Source: Azolla caroliniana (Eukaryota; Plantae; Polypodiophyta). Taken from it: a DNA stretch of 64,000 nt. The stretch spans positions 7,068,001 through 7,132,000 of the forward strand of contig JBHGNT010000007.1 in assembly GCA_043228905.1 (NCBI GenBank), read 5' to 3'. The position numbers and the translations under genes were made by a program. Position 1 is the stretch's first letter, and each line of letters opens with the position of its first letter. Below are positions 38,601 through 54,625 of the stretch, piece after piece. The notes beneath the pieces were generated by a model that saw nothing but the letters and a program-made list of their open reading frames with translations, made no database searches and was not told the DNA's origin.

Positions 38601-40397
38601 AAGTCACTATATTCAGTGATCACAAAAACCTTGCCTACTTTCAGAATGCTTGTGTGTTAAATCGATGTCAAGCTCGGTGGGCCCAATTCCTCACTCGTTT
38701 CGACTTCAAAATTACATATCGTTTGGGGAAGCAACAAGGGAAGGAAGATGCATTATCACGACGCTCGAATCTAGCGCCGCATCTTGGCGAGCCAACTTTC
38801 AATAACCAAAAGCAAGTAATCTTGGGACCGACACGACTGCAAGCAACGCAGGTCTTCGGTATGCCCTTGGATTCCCACGTTATTGATACCATACGTGAGG
38901 ACTTGAAGACAGATGCTTTCGCCCAAGCCATTCTAGCACAAATTGATCCCTCTCGAGCATCTTGTTCATAGTTGCAACAACCATGTACGAACTATTGACA
39001 ATTCGAATGTCATGATGGATTACTATTCTTTAAGAAACTCTTGTATGTTCCTAATGGTTCTTGTCACCTTCGAGTAGGCCAAAACTATCATGACACATAT
39101 ACAACTGGGCATTTTGGTAGTACTAAAACATTAGATTTTAGTACAACGATAATTCTGGTGGCCCCATATGCGACAATTTGTCGAATATTTTGTTCAGACT
39201 TGTGATACATGTTGTAGAGCAAAAATGCCAAGGCATCATCCATATGGTTTATTAGAACCATTACCAATTCCAAGCAAGTCGTGACAATCCATTGCTCTAG
39301 ATTTCATCACAGATCTTCCGGTCTCTAAGGGATTCAATGCGATCTTAACAGTAGTAGATCGATATACGAAGATGGCCCATTTCTTGCCATGTACTAAGGA
39401 AATCTCCAATGAAGAAATTGTTGAAACTATCATGCGTGATGTATGTCGGCATCATGGCCTTCCCGATAGTATCATTAGCGACCATGGACCCCAATTCATC
39501 TCGAAATTCTGGAAGCACCTCTTTAAAATGCTCAAGGTCACTTGTAACCTCTCCTCCGGCTACCACCCGCAAACAAACGGCCAAGCAGAACGAACAAATC
39601 AAACACTAGAGCAGTATCTTCGGTGCTTTCTAAATTATCATCAAGATGACTGGGCGGATATTCTCCACTTCGCCAAATTTGCGTATAATAACTCTATCCA
39701 CTCATCGACAAAGGTTACACCATTTTATGCTTATACCGGTTGCCACCCCCGATGGTGTGTATTTGAAACCCCAGAGTTGCCCACAAATCCTTGTGTAGAG
39801 GATTGTTTGGAGCAGTTGCGCAAGATACAAGCGGATTTATCTACTCATCTACAGTAAGCTCAACAAACACACAAGGTTTACGCGGATCGTCATCGGCTTC
39901 CATCCAGTTTTAACATTGGAGATAAGATATGGATACTACGACGACACATCAAGACTACTCGCCCATGCGAGAAGTTGGATTAACGGCAATTAGGTCCTTT
40001 TCATATTATTGGAAAAATTAATGATGTCGCTTTTCGTCTCGATCTACCTCCACAACTTCGGAGACATCCGGTGTTTCATAGTTCCCTCCTCAAACTCTAT
40101 CAAGACAGCACCATCCCATATCGTATTAAACAACCTCCACCCCCGATCGAACTTGAAGATGGACTTGTATACAAGGTTGTCGCCATCCTCGATTCCAAGA
40201 TTGTTCGCAACAAGCTCTACTATTTAGTCAATTGCCTAGGATATTGTCCCAATGAGCATACTTGGGAACCTATAGAGAATATGACCAATGCTCATGCTCT
40301 TCTTGAAGACTTCCATCATCAATATCCAGACAAACTAGGTCCTCAATCCAAAACGACTCGTAACACTCGTCGTTTTAAAGGGGGGATAGTGTCATGA
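35657..40397 (+). pseudogene. Chromovirus gag (306-aa ORF) and pol (PR, RT, RH, IN, chromodomain), disrupted
   Basis: [70 protein letters not shown], chromodomain LYYLVNCLGY..EHTWEP. Confidence 0.92.
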
Positions 40398-40683
40398 TAT
40401 GGCAAGACTCAAACCCATGACCTTATGTTACATGGGTCAAGCTCTTGTCCATTAGACTATATGTTGTAATGCGAAGGATATTATTTTCATTTAAGTTTTA
40501 CTATAGAAAATTGATGTATATTCCAAATTTCTCTGGAACATTCTAGAAATTTCAGGAATACTCCTGAGAACACTATAAAAGGAGGCACAAGGCATTATTT
40601 CGAACCAAATCGGTTCAACGCCAGTCTTAAGCTTCCTAGCCATCCTTGTATATTCTTTTCACATAATATATCACTGTCATCAT

Positions 40684-40795
<112 letters not shown>

Positions 40796-43095
40796 TTCTA
40801 CACCCTCTTTTCCTCTTAGTACTAATATTCATCTCTTAGTACCAATTTCCTCTCTATCTCAGTACTATTCCTGACATTCAGTGCGCGCAAAGGATCTAGA
40901 GATATGTGAGCAGCACGAAGGATAGGGCGATGCTATATCAGATTGATGTTGGTTGGCTACATGGATGTTGATTGGGCCGAAAGTGCAGGCGATCTCCGAT
41001 CGACATCGGGATATGCATTCTCATGAGGGAGTGAAGCGATCACCTGGTTTAGCAAGAAGCAACCGATAGTGGCATTGTCGAGCACTGAGGCCGAGTATTG
41101 AGGAGCAGTTGTCGCGACATGCAAAACCATCTGGCTAAAGTGGCTATTAAAGGATTTGTGAGTGGAGGTGTCCGATCCAACAGTGATCCACGTTGACAAC
41201 CTCAGCAATATCTAGTTAGCGAAGAACCCTGTCTTCCACGCTCGGACGAAGCACACTGAAGTGCATTACCAATTTGTGCGCGAGCATGTCCTCTCTGGTG
41301 AAGTGGAATTGCAATATGTTCCAACTAATCGGCATGTGGCCGAAATCTTCACCAAACCTCTCGGCCTGGACAAGTTACAATATTTTTTGAGTATACTTGG
41401 CTTACAACACCTCGACATGCCTAACTTGAGGGGAAGAAGTGAAATCAAAAGCGAGAGCGAGAGTGAGAGAGATGAAATCAAAAAGCTGAATTGGATGTGG
41501 AAGAATTCTATTTCGAGATGGATGAAGAAGTTGGAACGTCCGGAATGATTGAAAAAGCCGAGGACAGATTGGACGAGAGGACAAGTGGAAGAAGAACAAC
41601 TAAATGTAGACTAGCTAGCTGTAGAGGGAGCAACCGAAAGAGAGAAGAGAAGCCATAACCAACTAAACGAGGGGGAGGCAGAGCTGAGAGAGACAAGGTC
41701 AAAGGTGGTATAGTCAAGAATGGTAGAGCCGTGGAAAAGAAGGCTAGGACTTGGGTTGATATAGCCAAACGCCTAAAGGAGGATGAATTGGAGACAACCA
41801 ATTCGGTCGAGAGCAGGAACGGATCGGAGACGATCGATCCGATTGAAAGGAGTGATCGAGATGAAATGGATCATGTGAAGGCCATGCGGAGAAAGAGGTA
41901 GCCAAAGCCGATGCCGATGCGGAGGAGCCGACAGGTCGAAGGGCGTTGATTCTGTAAGGGCAAGGAGAAGGCTATCGAGGCCTTTGAAGCAAACAAGTTG
42001 ATCGGACAAGTCGAGGAGTGCAGGACTAGACGAGTCGTGGAGCGTGAGCAAGGAGGCATGAAGCTAGGAGAAGTTGGAGCTGACAAGGAACCTCAAGTTG
42101 AGCTTGAGGGAGATTGTTGAGAGGAAAGCTCAACATGGGATGGATCGGCTAAAGAAGTCGCGAGCCGAATCAGACATAGACCGATCGGCTAGGCCCAAAT
42201 CGGCTAAAGAAGTCGAAAGACGGGTCTACCAAGAGAGGCTGACAAAGTTGTTAGGACCGAACATAGTATTAGGAATATTATGTTCAGTTAGTGTTAGATG
42301 CTCGTTTATGAGCATTCAAGTACTTGTTAGTACTTCTGTTAGCCCATTGTCAAGGCTTGTATAAAAAGTGCTCTATGAGCACATTTGTAAGTATTGAGTC
42401 ATTTTTAATATTTTCTTGTTGTCTGCTCACTCAGTCTCTCTCTCTCTCTCTCTCCCCCACCTTCTCTATGTATTCTCCATCTCCGTGTTTACTTAACTAT
42501 CATTAGTTGTGCCTGTCATTAGCTTCCACATACGCAACTCCTTTCACTCCTCTTGGTTGGTGATCAGCTTCTAGCTCCTTCTGCCCTTCGATCGTCTTGT
42601 GGCCTTTCAGTTCTTTCGTACTCTACTGTTTCGACTCTTCACATTTTTGCCTCTCCTGCTGTTTCCTTGGATTCAACTTCTTTTTGCTCCTTAGCTTTAT
42701 GTAGTCCCATCTATCTCGTTAGTGCTCTGAAGCGGTGATTTGGGAGCGGCTTTGTTAGGCTATCGACAATGTTCACCTCTGTATCTACCTTCTAGACTTC
42801 AAGCTTCTTGTTGTGACGAGTTTAAGGATGTGATGATACCTCACCTCGCTATGTTTTTTCCTCGTGTGGTATATTGGATTCCGTATGAGGTGGATTGCGC
42901 TCTATGAGTCACAATACAGAGTCAACACTGGACAGTCGATTCGGCTCTTGATCGAGAAATCGATCGACAATCGTTGCAGCCAGATTACTTCTTTTGCTAC
43001 CTCCGACGTGGCAATGTACTTGGCCTTTGTTGTGGAGAGTGCCGTACATTCTTGGAGCTTCGACCTCCATGAAATTGCTTCGCCTCCATAGGTTA

Positions 43096-43469
43096 TGTCG
43101 AATACGGGTCCTAATGGACGTACTCACATTGTCCCATTAGGCATACTAGGTTTAGGCTATTTCTGTAAATAGTGGAAAGGGCAATTTCCCTAAATCAGTT
43201 AGTATTTAAACTAACTCTTGTAACCCAATGTTGTGGTTGTTCATTTTGTACAATGTGCTATTGTAACTCTCTGAGAATAATATAGTTACATCTTGCTTGT
43301 GCCTACTCTATTGTCTCTCTCCCCCTTTGCTCCGTTGTTGATCTTGTCTTATGTTTCAGTTGCCTATTGTTATCAACTTGTTTCTTTGTACTCACTAAAG
43401 ATCTTCTATTCAAAGAGTGTTGAGATTGTTTTGCACCTGATGGATGTTTACAACATCTGGTATCAGAGC
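43096..43469 (+). mobile_element. Copia-type 5' LTR (43096-43455) plus tRNA-iMet PBS of a truncated element
   Basis: TGTCG...CAACA followed by TGGTATCAGAGC at 43458-43469; TATA region resembles the LTR at 34208-34479. Confidence 0.75.
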
Positions 43470-43599
43470 TCGGTTCTGTTTGATTTTCAACTAAGTCGTC
43501 CATTGTCCCCATCAACATCTCTTCCTTCTATCATCCGAAGATCTTTCTATTGACCTCACCTTGATACAATAAATTTTTATTTCAGTCCGGCTCAAATCT

Positions 43600-44960
43600 T
43601 TTGACCAACAACCCCTACAATATCACTTCTCAACGAGGAGAAGCACATGAAAGGTTTGCACTCCAATGAGCTAAATCACTCTTGAAGTAGGCCGACCTGG
43701 ATAATTGGCACAAAAGCACATAATCTATGATCGGCCTCTTGGAATTGACAATTGAAATCAACACAACAGTTAACCTTGCTCAACTCGGCTATGCAACATT
43801 CGGGAAGACTAGTCGGCTTTGTCCCTCTATTCACTATAGCCACTTTGAGCAAGTTTAGCACCCAACAACTCCAATACTCAATTTTTACTCCTCTACACAA
43901 TCATGAAGTGCATATCTTCTCTTGTGATAGGAGTCGTACACCTCTATGTGACTACTTAGAGCATCAAAAGTTTCTTATGGTTTTTGAGTTAATCTTTTGT
44001 ATCATGTGTTTTGGCCAATCAATCATAATTAAGTAATATTGCATGCAAGCCATGAATATAGATTGCATTATCCTCAATCTAACATGGAGCGGCCATGTTC
44101 CAATCTTCCAATAGCTTAGCTTTTGTCTCACTTTTTGTAGAACCCATTCAACGTTTCCTTCCCATGTTGCAATCCATCCCAATGGATAACCAAGGTGTCT
44201 AACAATTTCATCGGGGCTAACAAGGTAAATATGTTGTCAATCGAGCTACGTTAAGTGCTCGTCGAGTGGGTAGCTTCATTTTCGTTTCTCTCCACCAAAA
44301 GGATTGTGTTGCCAATTGTGCTTGATTTTTGTCACATGCAACAAGGGTCTACACAAGAGTATTGTCCAAGCTTTGGATTTGGTCATGCAAAGGATCGTTG
44401 CAGGTATGTTGAAGGGATTTTCCCTAACATGGATGGTGTGTAATGAAGTTGAGCAATTCCATGGAGTGTCCATCCACCATGAAAATGGAAAGTTATCATA
44501 TGTCCTCTTCGATGACACTGACACTGACACTGACACTCATTTTGTTGTACATCACAAATTTGAGGACATTGGAATTGTTGATCGAGAGGCTTAGTATTGG
44601 AGTGTTCTTATTAAGCACCAAAGACTTGGTAGTGGGGTTTGTGAACACCACATACACATAAATGTGCTTAGGGATGGTTGACAACATCGTGGTTGTGATG
44701 CTTGTCAACTAATTCACTCATGGTTGGAGGCACAACATGAGGGTTAAAAGTTGATGTTTATGGTTGGGGGGTGGAGGCTAGAAGGCTCCACCCCTTCAAT
44801 GCCTAGGTGTGTTTGTTACAAGTGCCCCCACCCATGCCAGTGTGCTGCCGCTTTGCCCTCGACAACAACAAACAAATTGTTACTCATCAGCCTATGCCCA
44901 ACAAGTTCAATGAAAACACCCGAGTGTCTCGAGCATAGTTGTTGGCAATGAAAACACTTG
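43600..44960 (-). mobile_element. L1/Tx1-like LINE remnants
   Basis: HLGYP..W...VEWVLQKVRQKLSYWK..WPLHVRLRIMQSI at ~44000-44200 resembles the post-RT region; KCFHCQQ knuckle-like motif at ~44940-44960. Confidence 0.55.
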
Positions 44961-44965
44961 AGTTT

Positions 44966-45230
44966 TAGGGATCGGCAACTGCTTGGATCAAGCCTAAATT
45001 AAACCGTCAATGGTTTGACGATTCAACTCGACTCGGTTTAGGCTTGAGCTTCCTTAACTGGTTTGAGCTCGGTTTGGGATGGCTCGAGCCGAATAGGACC
45101 GATTTGGGTCAAACCGGGTTAAGTTTCGTCAAACTGGTTAAGCCTAAACAGGTTTAGGAACTGGTTCAGTTCAGGTTTGGAAACTCCCAAAAAACCGGTT
45201 AAGCCTAAACCAAACCGTTGCTGATTCATA
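44966..45230. mobile_element. hAT-like MITE upstream of GAPCp
   Basis: Imperfect TIRs TAGGGATCGGCAAC / GTTGCTGATTCATA (11 of 14 match); many AAACCG/CGGTTT motifs; no clean TSD. Confidence 0.65.
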
Positions 45231-45298
45231 CGGGAGTGAGTTTGGTGATGCCCAGCAAAAATTCAATAAAATGAATCAAAACAAACAATGAAATGAAG

Positions 45299-45533
45299 TG
45301 GGGCCAAAAAGAATGCAAAAGGAAGGAGAAAGAAACCCAATCGCCACGGAAGCTCTAACAACCGTTGGATGCTCAGCAGAAAACGGGACGCATCCAACGG
45401 TGTCCAGAAGAACCACGTCAGATGCATGCAACGATCACAGGGTTTATCTCCCGTCCCTTCCTGTATTGCTCCTCGATTCTCTGCAAACCCTAATTAATTC
45501 TTCTTCTTCTTCTTCTTCTTCTTCTTCTTCTTC
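45299..45533 (+). promoter_or_regulatory. GAPCp proximal promoter and 5' UTR
   Basis: TGGGCC (site II-like) ~45299; perfect 12-bp inverted repeat 45361-45372 / 45390-45401 with AACGG cores; telo-box AAACCCTAA ~45485; (TTC)n 45498-45533. Confidence 0.55.
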
Positions 45534-45602
45534 TTTGCGTCGCTGTTTGTCTCTGCATCTTGCTCTGATCTGATCGTTGTTTGTCTTTCTTATTACATCG
45601 CC

Positions 45603-49479
<3,877 letters not shown>

Positions 49480-49924
49480 GAATTGAAGTCCTACTGCTAC
49501 TTGCTAAACCCCTTACACCGTATGTAATAAAACCAGCGTCTTGTTTTACTACTGGATAGGTGTTACTACTAAGAGAGTCGAGAACTTCATCAGCATCAGA
49601 GTAGTATGCCCCTGATCTGAAGTAAATTGAAGCTAATTCATTGAAAGTCTATTGCAGAGAGTGTATTTTGATTAATACATACATGGGATGCAAAGCATTC
49701 CCCAACATATGGAAGTTGAATGAGATTTATTCACTTATTTTGAGGGACTGTATTTTTCTCTTCTTGAAGTGTTGGAAACATGAAATGTTTATTGGAAGTA
49801 CGTGGAAAATATATCTTTCGTAGTATCGTTTCTTTATTTGCGCTCTTAATTTTTCCGTAAATGAACAAATGTGAACTGAGTGCCATTCCAATGCCAGTCC
49901 TTTTTAATTTCCAAGTGTGGATAT

Positions 49925-50600
49925 GAAGGTCTTGTGGCTTTCATGCGTAAATGGAAATCCAATGTTTTTAAACCCAAACTAGAAAATAAACGGTAATGGT
50001 CCTATTTTGACCCATTAGAAATGTCCTGGTAGGAGGTGTGAGTGAAGAATTTCCTATTTATAAGTATTATACAGAGCTATTATTTTTATGGAGGTGTGGG
50101 AAAGGTGAGCTTGTTCTCTTAGTTTGTTTCTCTTGTTCTCTGCAGTTTATATGGTTAGCTGCTTTTGGCGTCACGAAAAGTCCTGTGGCTTTCATGCGTA
50201 AATGGAAACCTGATGTATTTAAACCTAAACTTATGTCCCATTAGAAATGTCATGGTAGGAGGTAAGTATTATACAGAGTGATTATTTTTATGGAGTTGTG
50301 GGAAAGATGAGCTTGAGCTCTTAGTTTGTTTCTCTTGTTCTCTGCAGTTTATATGGTTAGATGCTTTTGGCCTCACTGGAATGAAAAGATGAAAAGTCTT
50401 GTGGCTTTCATGCGTAAATGGAAACCCGATGTTTTTAAACCTAAACTTATTTGTCACATTGGAAATGTCCTGGTAGTATTATACAGAGCGATTATTTTTA
50501 TGGAGGTGTGGGAAAGATGAGCCTGTGCTCTTAGTTTGTTTCTCTTGTTCTCTGCAGTTTATATGGTTAGCTGCTTTTGGCCTCACTGGAATGAAAATGA
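49925..50600. repeat. ~200-250-bp tandem repeat, about 3 copies
   Basis: GTGGCTTTCATGCGTAAATGGAAA at ~49935, 50185, 50401; TTATACAGAG..ATTATTTTTATGGAG at ~50067, 50269, 50479. Confidence 0.9.
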
Positions 50601-50893
50601 CTTGCAATATGATGAAAAGATGCCAACAACAGCAAACTCTGTTTTGGGTGACTATGCATGGCATATTTTTTTGTTGGGTATGTTGCCAGATGTAGATGTA
50701 AATATTTTCCCTGCTTGCCCTTTCTACTTTAATTAAGCTACATTATTTATCACTCACTAAATAATATTTGGTGTGTATACTAGGTAAAAATTTCTAAGAA
50801 AGTCTTATCATAATACAGTATGAAGTCAAGACCTCATGGACGCGTACGTACAGCTTTCTTGGAAGAATGCTCTTTCAGACCATAAGCTAAGAT

Positions 50894-51250
50894 GAGAGTT
50901 CAAATGCCATATTCTCATCATTACAATAACAATTAATGCGTGCAATGCATTGCAAACAAGACAGTAATGAAGAAATAGTAATAAGGTTGAATTATTTTGA
51001 AGTGAAAGAGCATAAGCTGAGAGTTCAAATGCCATATTCACTTCATTACGATAACAATTAATGTGTGCAACGCATTGCAAACAAGACTGTAATAAAGAAA
51101 TAGTAATAAGGTTGAATTATTTTGAAGTCAAAGAACATACAGTGAGAGTTCAAATGCCATATTCACTTCATTACAATAATAATTAAAGTGTGCAACGCAT
51201 TGCAAACACGACTGTAATGAAGAAATAGTAATAAGGTTGAATTATTTTCA
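50894..51250. repeat. 125-bp tandem repeat, 3 copies
   Basis: GAGAGTTCAAATGCCATATTC at 50894, 51019 and 51144. Confidence 0.92.
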
Positions 51251-51814
51251 AATGACTCTTATTTTCAAATGATTTATTTCCATCTTGTGCAGTGAAAATA
51301 CTTGGGTATATATGGGTACACAGAACTTATGGCAATTACTAACTACACATCCACAACGTTCCAAATAGCCGGGCAAGTGTTTTTTTTACCGGTCATATCG
51401 AAATCTCATCAAAGCATCACCTTCATTAAGATGGAAAAAACATTCACACAATAATCAGTAACACTTCAATACATCAAAAGAAAACCAAGAAGTCCATCAA
51501 TATATACGACTGATACTGACCGCTCCATGAAACAATATGATTGTAAATGGGAGTGATGCTTCACACAAGTTGAACTGATACTGACCACTCGATCATATAT
51601 AAAAATTTGAAGCAAAAGTTCATGAATCCAAATGATTGTATATGGGAGTGGCACTTAACAGAAGTACAAAGGAATTGTCAAAGCATAAAACCCCAGTGAA
51701 AGTCAAAATTACCTACGATGACCAATTGTAACCTAATACTATACACGCTCTGAATTCCTCAGTGATTTTACCTGCATTTACACATCACGACCATCTTTCA
51801 GATATGTGCTCTAC

Positions 51815-54276
51815 TCAACTTTCATCCTCATCCATTTCTAGATGGGAAAGATTGACTCTGTTCCGTTCAGCTTTTACTTTCATTTGAGGAGAGGTAATAA
51901 GTTCATCCTTGGATTGAACATCTTCATCAGTTATATTATCTATCTCATTAAGAGGAGAAGATTGAGCTCTTGTTTTCTTTCTAGGAGGAGATCTATGAGC
52001 CTCTTCAGAGTAATCCTTTTCTAGACAGTGTTTCTTCTTTTTCTCGTCATTTAGTACATTAACCTGTTCAATGTTATCCTTGTATAGACCATCATTCGCC
52101 TCCTTTTTCTCTTCATCAACTACACTATCCTTCTCAATCTCATCCTTGGATAGACCCTGTTTCTCCTCTTTTTTCTCTTCATCTCTTACAATATCAATCT
52201 CAATACCAATCCCATGCGGCAGAGCTTTATGGACAGAACCATTTACTTCCTTTCCTCTTGCTCTGGATTCTTTACTCTCCTTTTCAATAGCTATTAACAC
52301 ATTCCGAAACTCTTCATCCTTTGCAAAATCGAGGGCCTTCTTACCCGCCTTATTCGGTGAATACAAATGAGCCCCTTTCTTGATTAAGACCTTGGCAACA
52401 TCTAAGTGGCCTCCATGAACCGCATAATGAAGAGGAGTCATACCTTTCCGAGTACGTGAGTGTATAGAAGCTCCCGATGTTAACAAAATGCGAACGACGT
52501 CTGTATGACCTTTCTGGCTTGCAAAGTGTATTGCTGCCATATCATCAGCCGCAGATGCTCCGATCTCAGCATGCTTATTACATAAGATTTGCACCACTTC
52601 TGCTTGCCCCGCCCACGAGGCTAAATGAAGCCTTAGCTCCCGAGTTAAGAATCGACAATCACACAAAAAGGGACAATACAGGCTAACCTTTGTCTTAGGA
52701 TTTTTGAGTTAAGAATTGATTTAAAAGTAAGAATTTAAGACATTATACAATAAATGAAATTTTAGATTGTGAATTAAGCATTGAGCATTAACAAACCAAA
52801 GAAAACATTATGTACTGAATGACACCTAATTCTCGAGTTAAGAATCAATCGCATAAAGATAGTAATCATATGGTAAAGGGTTTCCCAGATTCTGAGTTAA
52901 GACCTTACATTCAAAAATTAATCAATAATTTTTGAAATACAAATCCATCAACCAAAAGAGGACATGACATGCTAAATTCTTGATTTTAAGAATCAATCAA
53001 ACAAACAAAGACATCACTATCTAAATAATGTCTTCGTTTTTAATTTGAAAATTTATTAACAACAATGACATTGCACATTAAAAGAAGTCAAGACTCAGTA
53101 ATCAAATTAAGAATCGATCAACCAAAGAAACATATTGCATGCAAAATGAAGTCTTAATACCCAGGTTGTAACAAAATAAGAAATCACATTATTTGTGTGA
53201 TGCCTTCAATTTTGAGTCGAGAATCAGAAATATTTTCACATAATACATGACGAATTGAGTAATGACTCTCAACATCCAAGAATTCCATTAAAAAAACACT
53301 ACAATTGAGAGTGCACATTGTGAAGTGGGAGAAATGTGTGTATGGAGTGGACTGAACTGACAATGTGGGAAGTAAATTTGAATATCGTCAAAGTCAAAGC
53401 ATGAATCAGTGCGTGGTACTCAAACTCGGGGAACTTGTTCAGGGTAAAATATACAGAGTTGATGAATTTTCTTGCCTGTGGCCGAACCCCATACCTCAGG
53501 TTGAAGAGAATATGAGCTAGGTCATATGAAAGCAACGGTGCGGTTGGGGTAGGGGAGAGAGAGAATAGAAAGCATCAAAATTTCTTATTTATTTAACCAT
53601 GACTTTTCTCTGCAGGTAGTTCTCGTTAAACCTAATGTGTTTTACTCTGTACAATGTTTATGTTGCCAAAGAAATACAAAAGGAATATAATGAAATGCCC
53701 TCAAAACAAAAGGTTTGAGACATTGTACTAGTCCTAATCAAGGTTAGAAAGTGTGCAAGAACGTGATAACAAATGTGCAATGACAGGGATAAACATAGAA
53801 AGACAAGTGGAACGGAAACTGTAACCAAGACTGACAGTGTACTCGAATCAAGGATTAAGAAAGACCGTCAGTCATATGGAGATGCCCTAATCAAGGAATG
53901 ATAAAGTACTAGAATTAGACAGAAAGAAAGGAAACCCTAATTCCTAATCAGCGACTGAAAGCGTACTAAACTTAGAGAGGGTTTTTACATACAGAAAGTA
54001 AACCATAAGCCTTAACTGTAATCCCAAGAGTGAATATGCAATAGAAGTAGATGGTATTTTACACGCAGAAAGGAGAAATCCTTAACCCGAACTCTAATCA
54101 AAGACACACACAACAGTGAACTGTTATGGGCTTAGGTTTCTCTTTTACCGAGTGAGAGGATACGGTGTTCTTGAGTGTCGATCGCGTGCGTCGAGGGAGA
54201 GGGGGTCTGTGGAGAGGAAGGACATGAGAGCTCCGACATCGCCGGACCTGGCAGCATCATGTATCGTCGTCGCCAT
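51815..54276 (-). CDS. Ankyrin-repeat protein, 309 aa (resembles Arabidopsis At4g19150 as I recall it); exons 54276-54164 and 52631-51815
   Basis: MATTIHDAARSGD...RDRHSRTP|LHLASWAGQ, AIHFASQKGH, GMTPLHYAVHGGH; acidic tail ending VNLSHLEMDEDES; splice phases match. Confidence 0.9.
52632..54163 (-). other. Probable U12-type (minor spliceosome) GT-AG intron
   Basis: Donor GTATCCTC (consensus RTATCCTT); branch point TTCTTAAC 12 nt before the exon; no polypyrimidine tract. Confidence 0.8.
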
Positions 54277-54286
54277 CGCTGTTCCT

Positions 54287-54621
54287 CTCTTCTTCTTCTT
54301 CTTCTTCTTCTTCTTCTTCTTCTTCTATTCTTTATTCTTTATTCTGTATTTTGTATTTTGTATTTTGTATTTTGTATTTTGTATTTTGTATTTTGTATTT
54401 TGTATTTTGTATTTTGTATTTTGTATTTTTGTATTTTGTATTTTTGTATTTTGTATTTTGTATTTTGTATTTTGTATTTTGTATTTTTGTAATTTGTAAT
54501 TTGTAATTTGTAATTTGTATTTTTGTATTTTGTGTATCTTGTATTTTGTATTTTGTATTTTTGTATTTTATATTTTGTATTTTGTGTTTTGTGTATCTTG
54601 TATTTTGTATTTTGTATTTTG
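54287..54621. repeat. (TCT)n followed by a (TATTTTG)n heptamer array just upstream of the ankyrin start codon
   Basis: Read directly; roughly 38 heptamer units with variants. Confidence 0.95.
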
Positions 54622-54625
54622 TGTA

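Noticed and set aside
50894-51250. Regularly spaced repeats resembling a CRISPR array (also 49925-50600 and 56610-56990)
   Set aside because: Whole units repeat with no unique spacers; eukaryotic context; no cas genes.
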